Positions 14,577-27,800 of a stretch of DNA of 64,000 nucleotides are shown in pieces. Each line of letters opens with the position of its first letter. Positions within the stretch are counted from its first letter, which is position 1. Location: NCBI GenBank assembly GCA_030248215.1, contig JASANG010002537.1:62001-126000 (forward strand), written 5' to 3'. The stretch is from Enoplolaimus lenunculus (taxonomy: Eukaryota). The notes below the pieces were generated by a model. The model searched no databases. It had not been told where the DNA came from and saw only the letters and a list, made by a program, of their open reading frames with translations. A program made the position numbers and the translations under genes.

Positions 14577-14950
14577 TACTGTAGTGACCCGAATAAGAAG
14601 TAATGAAAGGGGTCTCCATATGAGTCCCAATCAATTAGAGTCCGTATCCCTAGCAAGAGTCCGTAAGCGGACAGTAAAGCCCATAAATGTCAATTATCCG
14701 TAATTGTAGTGCATAAATGACTCCAAGACTAAATAAAGTTGAGTTCGAAACTTTAAAGCATACTTAAGTTTTGAAAATAAAGACAAATATACGTTTAATT
14801 CAACGGATAGTTCCAATACCGGATATATCAGTAACAAAGGTTGGCGGAGAGCGGGTCAAAATTAAATAACAGTCCGTAGCCGAATAACAAGGGTATACCC
14901 TTTGAAGAGCTCATGTAAAAATCAGTCCCCTTATTCGGTTCAGTACAGTA
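14577..14950. mobile_element. TA-flanked MITE, CTGTAGTGACCCGAATAAG family
   Basis: TA-CTGTAGTGACCCGAATAAG ... CTTATTCGGTTCAGTACAG-TA. The internal sequence is shared with 60779-61219, 24981-25795 and 63590-63975. Confidence 0.8.
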
Positions 14951-17900
14951 GAAGCTAGAAATGTAACAACGAAACTGACTCAAGTGAGATGGAATAGCTG
15001 GGCCAACCGCAGATTGATGAGCATGATATCCTGGATTGGCCACTGACAATGCATTTTATGAGGTGTTTTCCTTAGTCCCTCCCATTTTTAAGTAAAAAAA
15101 TAAGACCAAATCTCTAAAAACTTACCAAAGCTGAAGTTTAGTGTTGGAAGAGGAAATAAAATATTTTATGCAGAAATGTGCTGGCATCTCGGTTGCGTAG
15201 GTCGCAAGGTTTTTTAGATTAGGGCCGTTACCGGATTTGATGGCTGTTTCGTTTTTGGGTTCACTGCTAAACTCTTGATGACATACGGCCAGAAAAAAAT
15301 TCGTTACCGCATCCGTAGCAGTAATTCGGTCAATTTCGGTCTTACAACAAAATTTCTGAGTATTTTGCGCTTCTCTCGACCTGAGCGACTCAAGTACGTC
15401 GAACTAAACTATGTGAAAGGTAAAAAATTTTCGATTTGCCTGATTCGGGGTTCGCCTGTGAAAAATCAAAAGTTGAGAAATTTTCGAAAATTCGGTTTTG
15501 ATAAATCTGAACTCTTTGTTTGAGAGCAGTCCTAACCACTGAGAAATTTCGTTGCACGACTAACAGTCAACTAGATCGGATCCAATGAGACCGGTTTATT
15601 TTCTAAAATGTGTGTTTATTGAACATGTCGACGCATTTGCTGCAACACAGTCGGTTCTGCTGAAGCCACCCACTTGTAAGCATATTTTCGGCAGAGCAAA
15701 TTTCAAGCTTTCTAGGACTTGAATGACCGACACCGTTGCTATAGCAGTTGTAGGCCCATATAAAGGTCAGGGGGCGGAACGTATTTTTGTTGGTCTGTAA
15801 TAGAGTAAGCTTAAGCTGTAGACAAATTGTTTTGCTTATGCTTAAACTACTGTTCCACCACTGTGCTATACCTTGGCCCAATTGCTCAACACATTTAAGC
15901 AATTTTACAATGTCTGGCAGTATAAATGCTATAACAGATAACAAAAATTCTATTGCGTTACGATATCAAAATGCGGCGTTTCGCGAATGCAAACAGCAAA
16001 ATGAAAGTGACTGTTGCGAAACAACAAATATTTGTTTTAACAGCCGCCCGAGCATAGGTGATGTGTGCACGGTTTGCAGTATTAACACAATATGCGCTCG
16101 TGCAAAAAACATTACAGCCTACAAAGTATTCGAAAAACAATTTTATGCATATATTTCTGCAATATATATTATATTATATATATTATATTATATATACATA
16201 TATATACATATATATGTATATATAATTTGAGTAATCGAAGTTTTACGACCTTCGATTTAAATTGTCCCTGATTGTGTGAATAAAGGATGTTACAAAATGT
16301 TTTGCTGGATGGGTGGATTCAATGTTTAGTCATTGGTGCAAAATTGCTCGGAAAATCTACACCCTGGAGCCGGCAGCAACACTCATAACTGGCCACGTGT
16401 TTCTGCCAGCAACAGATGGCGAAGCAAGAAGCGGCCAGTTTTCAGGCGAGCACCAATTTCATCCCTTAGTGGACGTCGCCCCTTCTGCTCTATAGGAAGT
16501 AAAAATTAGCAGTCTATACAACCGATTTTGACCCAGCCGGGTGCTTGTCAGAAAATACTAAAATTCTACTTTTACGCCCGCTTCATGTCGTCTGCTTTTT
16601 CTTGACTCAAACACGATTTAAAACTTGCGTGTAAAACAGGATTTACCCGAACTTTTTTGGGTCCCATGTAAACATCAGTATCGGGTCGTTTTGCCCCGCG
16701 ACCGCAATACAGTAAGCTTAAGGTTTAGACTAATTTTTTGGTCTAGGCTTAGCCTTGAGTTTAGGCTTACACTTGAGCTAAAGAATATGCTTATACTACT
16801 GTTACGGCCCGAGTTGGTTTGGGCAAGAATTTTTTAACCGACCTTTATGATTCATAAACTATAAATAATGGCCATTTTTGTATAAACTTGGAAAATTTCC
16901 GCCAGTTGAGCAAATGAGATTCAGCTTTGCAATCATTTCAATTTCAACTAAAACCGATATAAAACATTGTTGGGTTCGTTTTTCTGATAAACTTTTTGCC
17001 GTCATAAATTTCCAAAGATTTATGCTAAAACATACTTCTGCATTATAATTTTGTAAATATAATGTTCTTTATTTAATACTAAAGTCAAGCATTTAATAGA
17101 ACCAGGTAATAATGGCAAACGGTCTGTTTCATGCATTTTTGGGGTGAGACCAAGGATTTCGTGGCATAAGTCGCTGCGTTTGCGTATTTGTAGGGTTCTG
17201 GGAACTTCAGTGTATCAGCGACACATGCAGAAATATGACGAGGTTTATAATCAAAGTTTAAAAATTTTGCGCAATTGGTCAATGTGCCGAAAAATTTACT
17301 AAAACGCTTTTTAAACTGTCAAATTTGAAAACACAGTACCTATACTATCGTGGAATCCTGAATCCGCCACTGCAGCGAATATCTTTTCCGAAAAGGGCCA
17401 ATTCAGGCACGGCAGTGCAAAGAGAATTTGTACATCGGCTTTCTTTTGCTCAAAAAGTTGTATTGAAAATTATGTCATCGGAAGCTCTCAGTTTGTTTGT
17501 AATCTGACTACTTGACTTACACGCAATTGGGACACACCACTAGATTAAAGACTGTGATACTATAGTTGGCCCATGTTTTTTAAGGGGCGTCCAGGTTTCT
17601 GGTTGGCCTATAAATGAGTAGGTTTACATTCTAGATTACATTTTTTGCTTAGGCTTAGGCTTACAACTCAGTTGCTCAAGCATTATCGAGAGGTTTTTTA
17701 TATTTTTACAACGGGTTTCGTTGACGTAACAAGCAAGGTTGAATTTAGTGGAGGGCGAAAATTTTTCCAGGGGGAGCCTGAGCCATCCTGGCCCTCTTCC
17801 TTGGTTACGTGCCCTGGCAAAGCTAACAAAGAAACTTTAGTAAAATATGCAGTGTCAAAAGAAACCACGTCCTTCACGAACACATTCGTAAATATAACCA

Positions 17901-18697
17901 TGTCAAAAGAAACTTTCAACTTTCACAGACATTTAAAAGCTTGCTTATGATCTAAGCCGCCCAGAGTTGCCTTTTTATAAATACCAGGTTTACGTAAGTT
18001 TTGCGACAAAAGAAAAATAATTTGGGCCAAAAGCCAAACTACACAATGACGTAGTTGGAAAATATACTTCCGTGAACGCAGACCTAAATATATATACAGA
18101 TCACAACGACCAGTAATGGTTGAATCTTATTTACAAAAACTACCAGGTTTAGGCCTTTACAATGGGAATTAAAACTGTGTCGGAATCGGAAGTCAACTTT
18201 CATACAGGAATCGGAACTGAAGATACCAATTTACATGTTAATTTTCGTTCGTTTTCATTGCTTCAAACGAGTTGGAGATAAAATTTTAATTTCGAACTCA
18301 GAATGAGTTAGCGAAAGTTGGGACACGTCAAACCGAAACTGCCAGGGTTCCTAAAAGTCAGACTTGAAACAAACGATTTCGGGTTTCAGCCAGAATCGGA
18401 ATTCCATTAAAATTTTGTTGCAATTAAACTCTGGACTATTTATATTGCCAAACTGCGAGCCGGTATCTACAGATTTCGAAAAAATTATGTTTCCAACGCA
18501 AGCGGATTTGGCCTAAATCGCTTTTTTTGCAGCACCCTTTAAAATTGTATTTGTAGCTATTTCGCTGGTCATTAATTAAATTAAACCACTAAAAACGTGG
18601 AGAGAAAATTTCTGTTCCGATTTTATATGCAAAAACGAATTTCTGAAAACGTTCAAATTGTGTAAGAATAGAAAAATGTAATCTTTATCCTTCACAT

Positions 18698-21600
18698 TCA
18701 AATTTGTTTATCGTTGCCTTCAATTAGCCATAACAGCATTTTCTTCACAACTTCCGCGTTGTTGTCCTGAAATAAACGTTTAAAGTTAAAAATGATCGCT
18801 TGAATATTTCTATCGGATCATAAGAAAATCGTAAAATATGACATTATATTAACATTCCGACAGATTTAAATCGGCATTTGTAACAGTTAAATATCCCGTA
18901 ACCAGAAATAAGTAATAGACAACGGCATATGTCGACATGTGGACGTAGAAAACAAAAATATTCTTGATAAATTCAAATACTGTCTAAAAAATTTTTGGCT
19001 ATTTTAGTCAACATATCGGTATAAGGAACCAACGGTAGAGTTCCGTTAGTTGCGTCCCATAAACAAAATATACGAGCAAAAATATCAAATTAGATTTATG
19101 TTCTGTCAAGAGTGAAGTAAAACTTTTATGCAAGATTATTCATAATTGCATAGCATGGTGTGTTTTTGTTGGCACAAATTCTACCATTCTGTATATTAAA
19201 ATTTAAGAAAGTAAGGGTTGCATTATATATACTCGCCGCGCGTCGCCGGATGTAGCCGCGCGCTACCGCACACTGCCGGACGCCGGAGGCAGCGCGGTTT
19301 AAAAGTTTGCCGCAAACCGATAGGTTCTGCTGAAGTTGATTGAATCAGTGTGTAATGAGGTCCGAAATATATAGCATCTTTTTCGCATTTGGTTTATCCT
19401 ATTTCGCTGTCAATTTGAAATTCGTAATTGATCAAGTTCGTCGGTTTGAAATCATATCGTCAACTGGTGATACTAGGTGCTACACGCATTTCCGAAACTA
19501 TATAGGCGTAGGTTTCAAATTAAGCAAACGAAATTTTACCGGAATATTTCCAATATACGCGACCAGAGTCGTTTTGAAAAACCGTTCAAACTCTTGGCAC
19601 ACTTCGAGCATGTCTTTTTCGGCACGGCTAACAATTATACGTACGAGAGTGTCATATTTGCGTTCCTAAAAAACTATAAGTATCAGCATTGCACCAAATC
19701 ACAGTTGCGGTTTATATTTGAACAACAGGTAGGGAAAATTTCTATGAAATATATAGCAGACCAATAGCTGAGCACAATATTGAACTTGAGATAAAATACT
19801 GCTGAAGCATAACCATGATTTAATTTCAAGAGGAAATTATCTCACAGGATCATAAAGGTTATATTCTAAAACCAGTTAGCAGTCCTTTTTCTCTCAAGAA
19901 TATTACGGAGGATAGATATCCTTTTTGAGCCCAAGTATCGAACAGGTCCGGAACAGTAGTATAAGCATATTCCTAAGCCTAAGCCTAAGCCTAAGCCTAA
20001 TCCTAAGCGTATGGATGAGCCTATTCCTAAGCCTAAGCCTAAGCTTAAGCCTAAGCAAAAAATTAGTCTAAAGCTTAATATAATTTTAAAGGCTAAAATA
20101 AAGTTTAGTTCCAATCTTCATATTATCTTTGCTAAAACTAAAAAGTATCGGCATTTACAGTACAGCAGTGAACCTACAAAATACTTACTCGAGCGGCTAC
20201 GTGTAACTTTTCGGCAAAATATGCAGGACGATTTTTGACACATTTAACTATAACGTAAACAATAAACGTACTAGAATTCAGTAACGCGACATATTTACTC
20301 GGCAGTAAATACACTTGGTCCCGACACCCTTTGTGCTTTAGGTGGTCATATGGAAAACTTTCGAAAGCGAGAGGTAAATCTCGTATTTGTGGCTTAGCCA
20401 TTCCAGAGTTCTCGACGCACGGACGGCTGTTTAACTTCAGCTACAATTCCAACTATAATGCGAAAAAGTTAATCGTTTTTATGCTCTGTAATCATAATTT
20501 TAACGCCAGGTATGTCTATCATAAAAATCGTACCTACGGCCAACAAGCATTCATAGGCTTTTCCGGAAAATTCTTTTTTCAACGCAACTTCAATTTCATG
20601 CCCCGCGAGTGATTTGTACTCTTGAAACACAAGTTGCAACTGATCATAGTTCTGATTTGCCAAAATTTTAAAAAATACTTCTTCGTCTGTTCCCCATCGA
20701 TTTTCACCAGCTTTGTACAGCGCCTGTAAATACAATACACAAATGAAACGGTTCTGTATTACAATGCATGGCAATTTTTTATAAAACCTTTCGCCTTCAT
20801 TAACTAAAATGTCTATAGTGACCAGATTTTGGCTTGCAAAGACGAGATACAAGTTTTTGCCATAAATAATTGTACAACGTAGAAAATTTAAGCTACATTA
20901 GTAAAACTTTTGCTAAAGTATTAAACATCCATTTTAACTATGATATAATGCTGATTTGATAATAGGAAAAACAATTGACTTGACAATAAGATACCCGAAA
21001 ATTTTTTTACTGGAAACAGTTATAAAGACAGTTAACCTACAGGTTGTTAGCGTTGATTAGTCATAAACTGATAAATAAACATAAGCGAGAGTTTATACAT
21101 GAATTACCTGCGCGTCTTGCTTGGCTTTCGCCGAATTGGTTGCCAAAGACTCATCCCGATCACCCTGTAAAAATAAATGCTTTGCAGTAGCGTACAAAAA
21201 ATGATATATAGAAATATTGCTACAAAGATTGATGAGTAAAATACTAATATTAACCCTTTCTCACATGAATATTTTCTATTTCACCTGAGACCTACATTTA
21301 TGCTAGGATTCGAACTCCAGTGACTGAAGTGGGAGGCGTATACCATCACCACTCAGCAATAGAAGCTTGACGCTCGAGCCCGAGGGGGCTCTCACATCTT
21401 GTGGTGATTTAGTACTATGTATACGTGTTGCAATTGTTAAACACGGTGCGATATATACTATTTAACGCATATACACTGCGCTGAGTTGCCTACAGGCAAC
21501 TCAATGTGAGAAGGGGTTAATACACAAAACCTTTTAAAATAGTTAAATTTTCAAGCATGAGATTCATGCTTACGAAAGTTCGATTATTGATTTATGGCAA

Positions 21601-24600
21601 ACTATGCTGCAGTTGAACAAGATGAATTTGCTCTAAGTTTGCATATTTGAACCTTTAGAAACTGTGTAAAATGTCCATATAAGCCAAAACATATGCGAAT
21701 AAACCAGCAAGAGTATGCAAAACAAATATACAGTGTCATGAATCAAGTTTCGTCAATATCGTTATGCACGGACAAAACACGAGTCTTTCTTGCGCTGTAC
21801 GCATGATTTAGCTACACACTCACAAAATGTCATATTCTCAAATGCATATAGCATCTATCAACAGTATAATAGCGATAGGTTTTCAAACTGACAAACTGCT
21901 GCAACTGCGGATTTTGAAATTAACATAAAAGTAGGCGAAATCAATTGTGAAAAATGTGCTTAAATTGGAATCTTATCGTACACTAGTTTGAAAGTTACTA
22001 AACCTGTCACCAACTAATAATGTCTCGAACGAAATATGCTATATTATATCTCGGTTGATAAACGTCTACTATAGCAAACCTGACACAAATCAACCAAAAG
22101 ACTTCGCAGATCTCCAGATGTTTCTTCAGTGATATCTTCAGATAATGATTTTCCGTACACTAAAACTTTGGCCAATGTTAATACTTCTTGTAGCATAACT
22201 AAACCTTTTTCCAAGCTTAATTCTAAAACCTAAGCTTAAGCTTAAGAAGTAATCTTAAATGTGGGAAAAGTGTATTGTACCGGAAATATGTATCTTTGGT
22301 TGTAAACTACATTTTATCAATGTCTCATTTTCGAACAAATAAAAATTTTCAGTTGTTTAGTCTGATGACGATTTTAGGTGTTTAATTTTTAATCTTCTTC
22401 TGTTCTGAGATTATACCATTCCGAAGTTAATTCTTAGCTGCAAATTTGATAGATGCGAAATAAATTACCTTCCCCCAAACTTGGTGCGAAACAAAACTTC
22501 GCTAACTTTTCAAATACGCCGCATTCGCCTGTTTAATTTCTCGGTTCAGTCGACTGCACATAACTTCAATTAAAATCGAATCATGGCTCGTCACTCCGGA
22601 CAGATCCTTGTGCAGTTCTTCAGCGTCGTAACAGTCAGCCGGCAACATCAAAGCATTAATCGCTTTCTCGGTTAAACCGCTGAAGTGTGCGTTCAATGCA
22701 TCGGTCAGATTCTGAAAGCCAGCCAATAAACACAATAAATATTTGCGGAATCGGAATTAGTCAAAAGTGTTGAAAAACAAACTTCCACCGGGAATTTGTT
22801 TCAAGTTAGTATACAAACAGAATAAGGGATATATCCACGCAACGATTTTCTGGAGAAACGAGAAAACATTGATACACACTTCGTAAATAATATCAAGCCT
22901 ATGCTCTCTTCACTGTAAATTTCAGAGAGTTGATTTTAACTCAGAATGAGTTGAATCACTCAGTCTGAGTTAGGACTACCTGAACTCTGAATTTTGAGTT
23001 GATTCAATTCATTCTGATTTAATTAATCAACGCACCCAGATTTAACACAACTCAGAGCGAGAATCAACTCAACGCCGAGTGAGTTAATGTTTACTTATAT
23101 TAACTCGAAAATTACCAACTGGCTTGCTGAATTGATTAATCAACTCATTGGAATTTACAGTGTTCGGAATTTGTCTTGATTTAATTAACAGAATGTTGAG
23201 GTTCAGATATACTATATAATGGTACTACTTCTGCTAGATTTGAAATAATTCCCATACTAGTTGATGCACTTCAGCAAGTAGTTGCTTTTCCAGGTCCGTA
23301 AGCTACGTAACAACGCTAGCAGAGGTCAAAAAAGTTAGAATTAGCAAGAGTGCGCGGAGATTTTAGGTGATTTACAAGCATAGCTAAAATAATTCTTAGT
23401 CGAGCAAAGTTGTGCAACAACGGCTGTGCCCAACTAAGCCTGATCTAATTATAAACTCGCGTGTTAAAATTCGTTTTACAACTAAACCTAAAATTTAAAT
23501 TTTGAATCAAATAGGAATTAAACAAATATTTTAACTACTCAGTTTTTTAAATATTCAAGACCAATTCAAACCTGATGATGCTCTTTTGAGTACGCGCGAC
23601 CAACTTCTTGTCGATGGGCGTTTGTTCGGTGACACAATAATTTTAACACATCGGCAGCATCATTTGCATCTGCAATATGATAAAGACAAAAGAACTACAC
23701 AGTGTAGCGAATGGTTTTAATGAACGAAAAAATTAAATTTTAATCTTATAGAGTTTAAAACAAAAAAACGAGATTTTGAAAATGAATACACAAATGCCGC
23801 TTTTCAGTTTGAATTTCACCAAATAAGTTTTATAAAGAAAAGGATCACGAACATCCATACAGTGTGCGTATGAAATGGCCGTAGCAGTTTATAGCAAATG
23901 CGGAGAAAACGCAATGCGAGCTGGGTACATTCGGAGTTTACAGAGAACAGCTCTAACTTGCATACTTTAATCAAGAAGACTGGCTATCGACAACGGTTGA
24001 CGAAATCAACTGATGCCCAGATGCGGAGCTAAAAGTTTCTGACGTAGTCCAGGGCTGGCAAATGTTATGAAACGTAAAATTTGTAGGAAGAGACCTTATC
24101 ATTTTATCGCGAAAAATTTTTCTGAGGGAGGAAGATTGCAAAGCAGGGACTTTACCATTTTATCACAAAAATTTCTGGGGGAAAATTTTATTATTTCACA
24201 AAAAATTTTCTGTCGGGAAAAATTGTCGAAAAAATCTGAAATGACTTAGTTAGCGTAGCTAAACGCTACTAAGTAAGCAACCGCTATCTACCATTTGTCA
24301 AAACGCTATTTTCTCATCAATATAAATGCGTTTTTTCAAAACGCGAAAAGCATTTGACATTTTTAACACGATTCGAGTACCGCTCTCAACCTTATGGTCG
24401 TGATTCTGCCAGCTTAACCTACCTTTCGTTTGTAGTATGTTAGCGATTGATCTAGCATCTTCTTCTGCACTAAAATGATCCCGATGTTGTATTGAACTTG
24501 TGCCCTTGAAAACAAAAAAAAATAACCTGCTATCGAAGAAGTGTTAGTATAGAAAATATATATGTGAACTGCTGAAGTGAATATCAAAGATTAAAAATTG

Positions 24601-24895
24601 GAATATTGCAGTGGCCGATTCAGGGGTTGAAGAATGTACCCCCTCCCTCGCCACTGCTATCGTGCAGAAAATATCGAAAAACGGTTCAGTTCAATTATAA
24701 CTCACAGTATGTTTTCCAGCCAGATGGCTGAAAAATTAGACGGAAATTAACCACGAGTTCAAAAGTTTTGTGCCTTTGAAGCATCTAATGACTGTTTTTT
24801 GCAGAAACTTTAAATTCGTTATGTATAATACTAATATAAATACATACCTTATGATGAGGATGATATCCAAACCATGACAACAACGAGTCAAACAT
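18698..24895 (-). CDS. Annexin, upstream paralog 'A', 337 aa, 10 coding exons
   Basis: Exons: 24895-24848, 24504-24423, 23669-23572, 22711-22507, 22159-22080, 21164-21108, 20723-20534, 20247-20189, 19665-19540, 18766-18698. GT-AG, phases consistent, 1014 nt ending TGA. Annexin signatures: GT...FSAEEDARSI, HRTNAHRQ, YDAEELH, EDITEETSGD, GDRDE...AKQDAQALYKAGENRWGTDE, KNRPAYFAEKLH, TLVRIIVSRAEKDM. Confidence 0.92.
19946..20110. repeat. (GCCTAA)n telomere-like tract within a TTAGGC-family element (annexin A intron)
   Basis: cctaagcctaagcctaagcctaagcctaa... following the family's conserved end GGTCCGGAACAGTAGTATAAGCATATTC. Confidence 0.85.
21250..21520. mobile_element. piggyBac-like MITE with an internal tRNA-like (A/B box) segment, copy 1
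   Basis: TTAA-CCCTTTCTCACAT ... ATGTGAGAAGGGG-TTAA termini; a near-identical inverted copy lies at 57815-58083. Confidence 0.8.
22911..23162. mobile_element. CACTG-ended (CMC/CACTA-like) non-autonomous element
   Basis: TIR CACTGTAAATT...GAGTTGATT / AATCAACTC...AATTTACAGTG; 'tt' on both flanks (possible 2-bp TSD); many internal GAGTTGA/TCAACTC subterminal repeats. Confidence 0.7.
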
Positions 24896-27800
24896 GTTAG
24901 TATATATGCCTTAAATGCAATCTTTGTGGCAAATTAGGACTTTTAAAATGAGCACTTTATTCTTAATTTAGATTCTACCTGCTGTAGTGACCAGAATAAG
25001 AGGGGGGCTGATATTTATTTGGCCTCACCAGAGGGTATCCCTGTTAATCAGTTAAGGACTATTATTCAGTTAAGGACTGTTATTTATTTTCAACCAACGC
25101 TCCGCCGAGCCAATGTAGAGAATAGGGCCGGAACAGTAGCATAAGCATATTTCTAAACCTAAGACTTAGCCTCAGCTTAAGCGTAAGAATGTGCCTATAC
25201 TTCAGCATAAGCCTAAGGCTAAGCCTAAGCAGAAAAATTAGACTAAAGTTTAACCTAACTCTACTGTAGAGAGCCGAATAAAAGGGTGGTAATAAGTGGT
25301 GGTCCCTATTTTGAGTCCCAATCTAGGATTCCGTATCCCTAATAATATTCCGTAAGGAAAGGCCAAATAAATATCAGTCCCCCTCTTATTCGGGTCACTA
25401 CAGTATTATAGTCCTGCCGGAAAACGTTCCGGCACTGTTCTATACATAAGTCCTCCGCCCCCCTTCGTTACTGATATATATTTGGTTCTGCAATTATCCG
25501 TAGAATTAAACGTTTATTTGTCTTGTATCAAAAACTTAAGCAATGATGCAAGGTTATACATAGGAATGTACTTTCAAAGCTTAAGTTACGCTTTTAAGTT
25601 TTGAACTCTATTTTATTTAATCTTGGAGTCATTTATGCACTACAAGTACGGATAATTGACATTTATGGACTCTAATTATGGTTTAGGGGCTCAATCAGCT
25701 TACGGATTTCTATTAGGGATACGGATTCCGATTGATTGGAACTCGAAATGGGGACCCCCTGTTTCTCCCCCTCTTGTTCGGGCCGCTACAGTAGCTACTC
25801 AAATCGAGAATTTTAAAAAAGACGACGCAGGCGATTGTTAAAACAACTTTCAACTGTTAAACTGTAACTTAACGCTGGAAACTTTGATGTTTTACAAACA
25901 AGTTAAACGACAATCGAAACTATGATGTTGAGAGAGCATTGGACCAGGAAGCATTTACTCAATCCCGTTGAGCTGCGTGGACTTTATTTCATATCTGTAG
26001 CTTTTAGCCACATCTGACCTGTCGAGTGAAGAGCGGGCTCGTCACCAAGTGGGGGCCAGGGGGCTTAGCCCCCTGGACAAATTTTGCCCCCCCCCCCTAG
26101 AAATTCCAACGTTGCTTGTAAGTCAAACCTTTGAATGCCCCTCCTGAAAATTTTTAGCCCCCTCTAGCAAGGTGAGCTAGTTACTGGCCTGATGAAAAAG
26201 CGAATTTTATAGATCTGGAAAACTCCAATTTAAACAGAGAAATGAATTTAACATTCTTTATTTAAATGCAGAGAGTATGTCCCATACAAGCCCAGCTAAG
26301 CAATTTTGAATAAGAAGCGAGTTATACTTTATTTAAGCAATTTTAATATTAAGAGATATCCTTTAAAAAGGTAATATCGGAAAAATTTAATGCAGAGTTT
26401 ATATATATTTTTGGAATATACCAAGAGAACAGTCTTCTCTAATTCATTCCTTCGCTGAAAGAAGACATTTAAAAACTTGCTAAAATGTTCAAATCGTGCT
26501 CTGTGCGATTGTGCGACTGAGAAGTGAAACATACAGGAAAGGTTAAACTTAAATCCAAATCGAAAATTTTTGAAAATCTCACAATCACGACAACGAAGCT
26601 TTATCCGAAAACAGCCATCGCCAAGTATAGTCATCCAAATCGACAGCTTTCTGTAAGCTTTTATCTCTATACGACTGGCAAATTTTTGTACGAAACTGTT
26701 TTATTATGAGCCACAATACAACAATGTGATCACTTCGCAAACGTGAATCATGCAGTCACAAAGGATCAAAAAATTTTGTTGGGAAGGGCAGCGTGGCAGA
26801 AAATAGTTCGAAAAAACATCACGAGACAAGCGTGCGAGAAGCCAAACACAATTTTCGTACGTAATCTTAATTTAAAAATTTGGATTTATCTGTGTTGGAG
26901 GCAAAGCCTGGTTGAACCCACCGTTGATCAGAAATTGGCGTTTTTTGGTATTAAATTTAATGCGCTGTTTAATTTTATTTTGTTCTGGTTTTTTGACGCT
27001 CTAAACGACTAAAGCACACATTTTGACAATAGGTTTTCTTTATTATATATGTGATTCAAAAATAAAAAAATATTTTCCGGCTTTAAATATGGATCTATGA
27101 GTATCATTCGTCATCCGTAGCTACACTTTTGTTGTAACCTTAGACTAACGATTGACGTTGGAACGTTTCCAGCCATTGTTATGTTTAGACCCGTGGACCT
27201 TTAGCGATCCTGGCAAAGACCAGAGCCCAACGCTTGGGCTCGAGAACCTGAATGCGTCGGATTCATATTTCGTTTAAAAAAGCGTGGGTTTGGTACTTTT
27301 GTACGTTTTAAAATAGCTATTAATTGATGTAACGTTTTCGAAAGACAACAATTTCAAAAAATTGATTTCATTTTCTTCGACAATTTATACTCACTTTATG
27401 TCTTCAGTCATAAATTACAGTTTACACATTTATGATTATTTCACCACAATATTCACCATTTCCTTTAGTTCCCTTTAAAAATGTAAAAAATTCGAAATAA
27501 ATAGCAATGCATCCTTCGGCTATTTTCACACCATTTCTAAATATATCCTTACCTTAACACTGATTCCTTCGCCTCGACACCATAAAATGTTGCTACGGAA
27601 TTTATCCCTATATATACTAATCGGCTTCTTAATTAATGTTGTAGTAAATGTTCATACAGTATCAGATCAAAGGTCTTCTGTTTGTATTTAAGCGTCAGTG
27701 CATAGCATAGAGCTATTCTGATAAAACCAAAACGTAATCCGTAGAAACGTATTTCTTATCAATCTATCACTTTCGGCAGTAAATTTACGATTATCGGCGC

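Noticed and set aside
15603..16230. Cys-rich ORFs of 113 and 147 aa
   Set aside because: They overlap a TTAGGC-family element and an AT microsatellite; no recognisable domain or splice structure.
19866..20238. ORFs with LGLGLG / PKPKPK repeats
   Set aside because: They are translations of the (GCCTAA)n tract inside an annexin intron.
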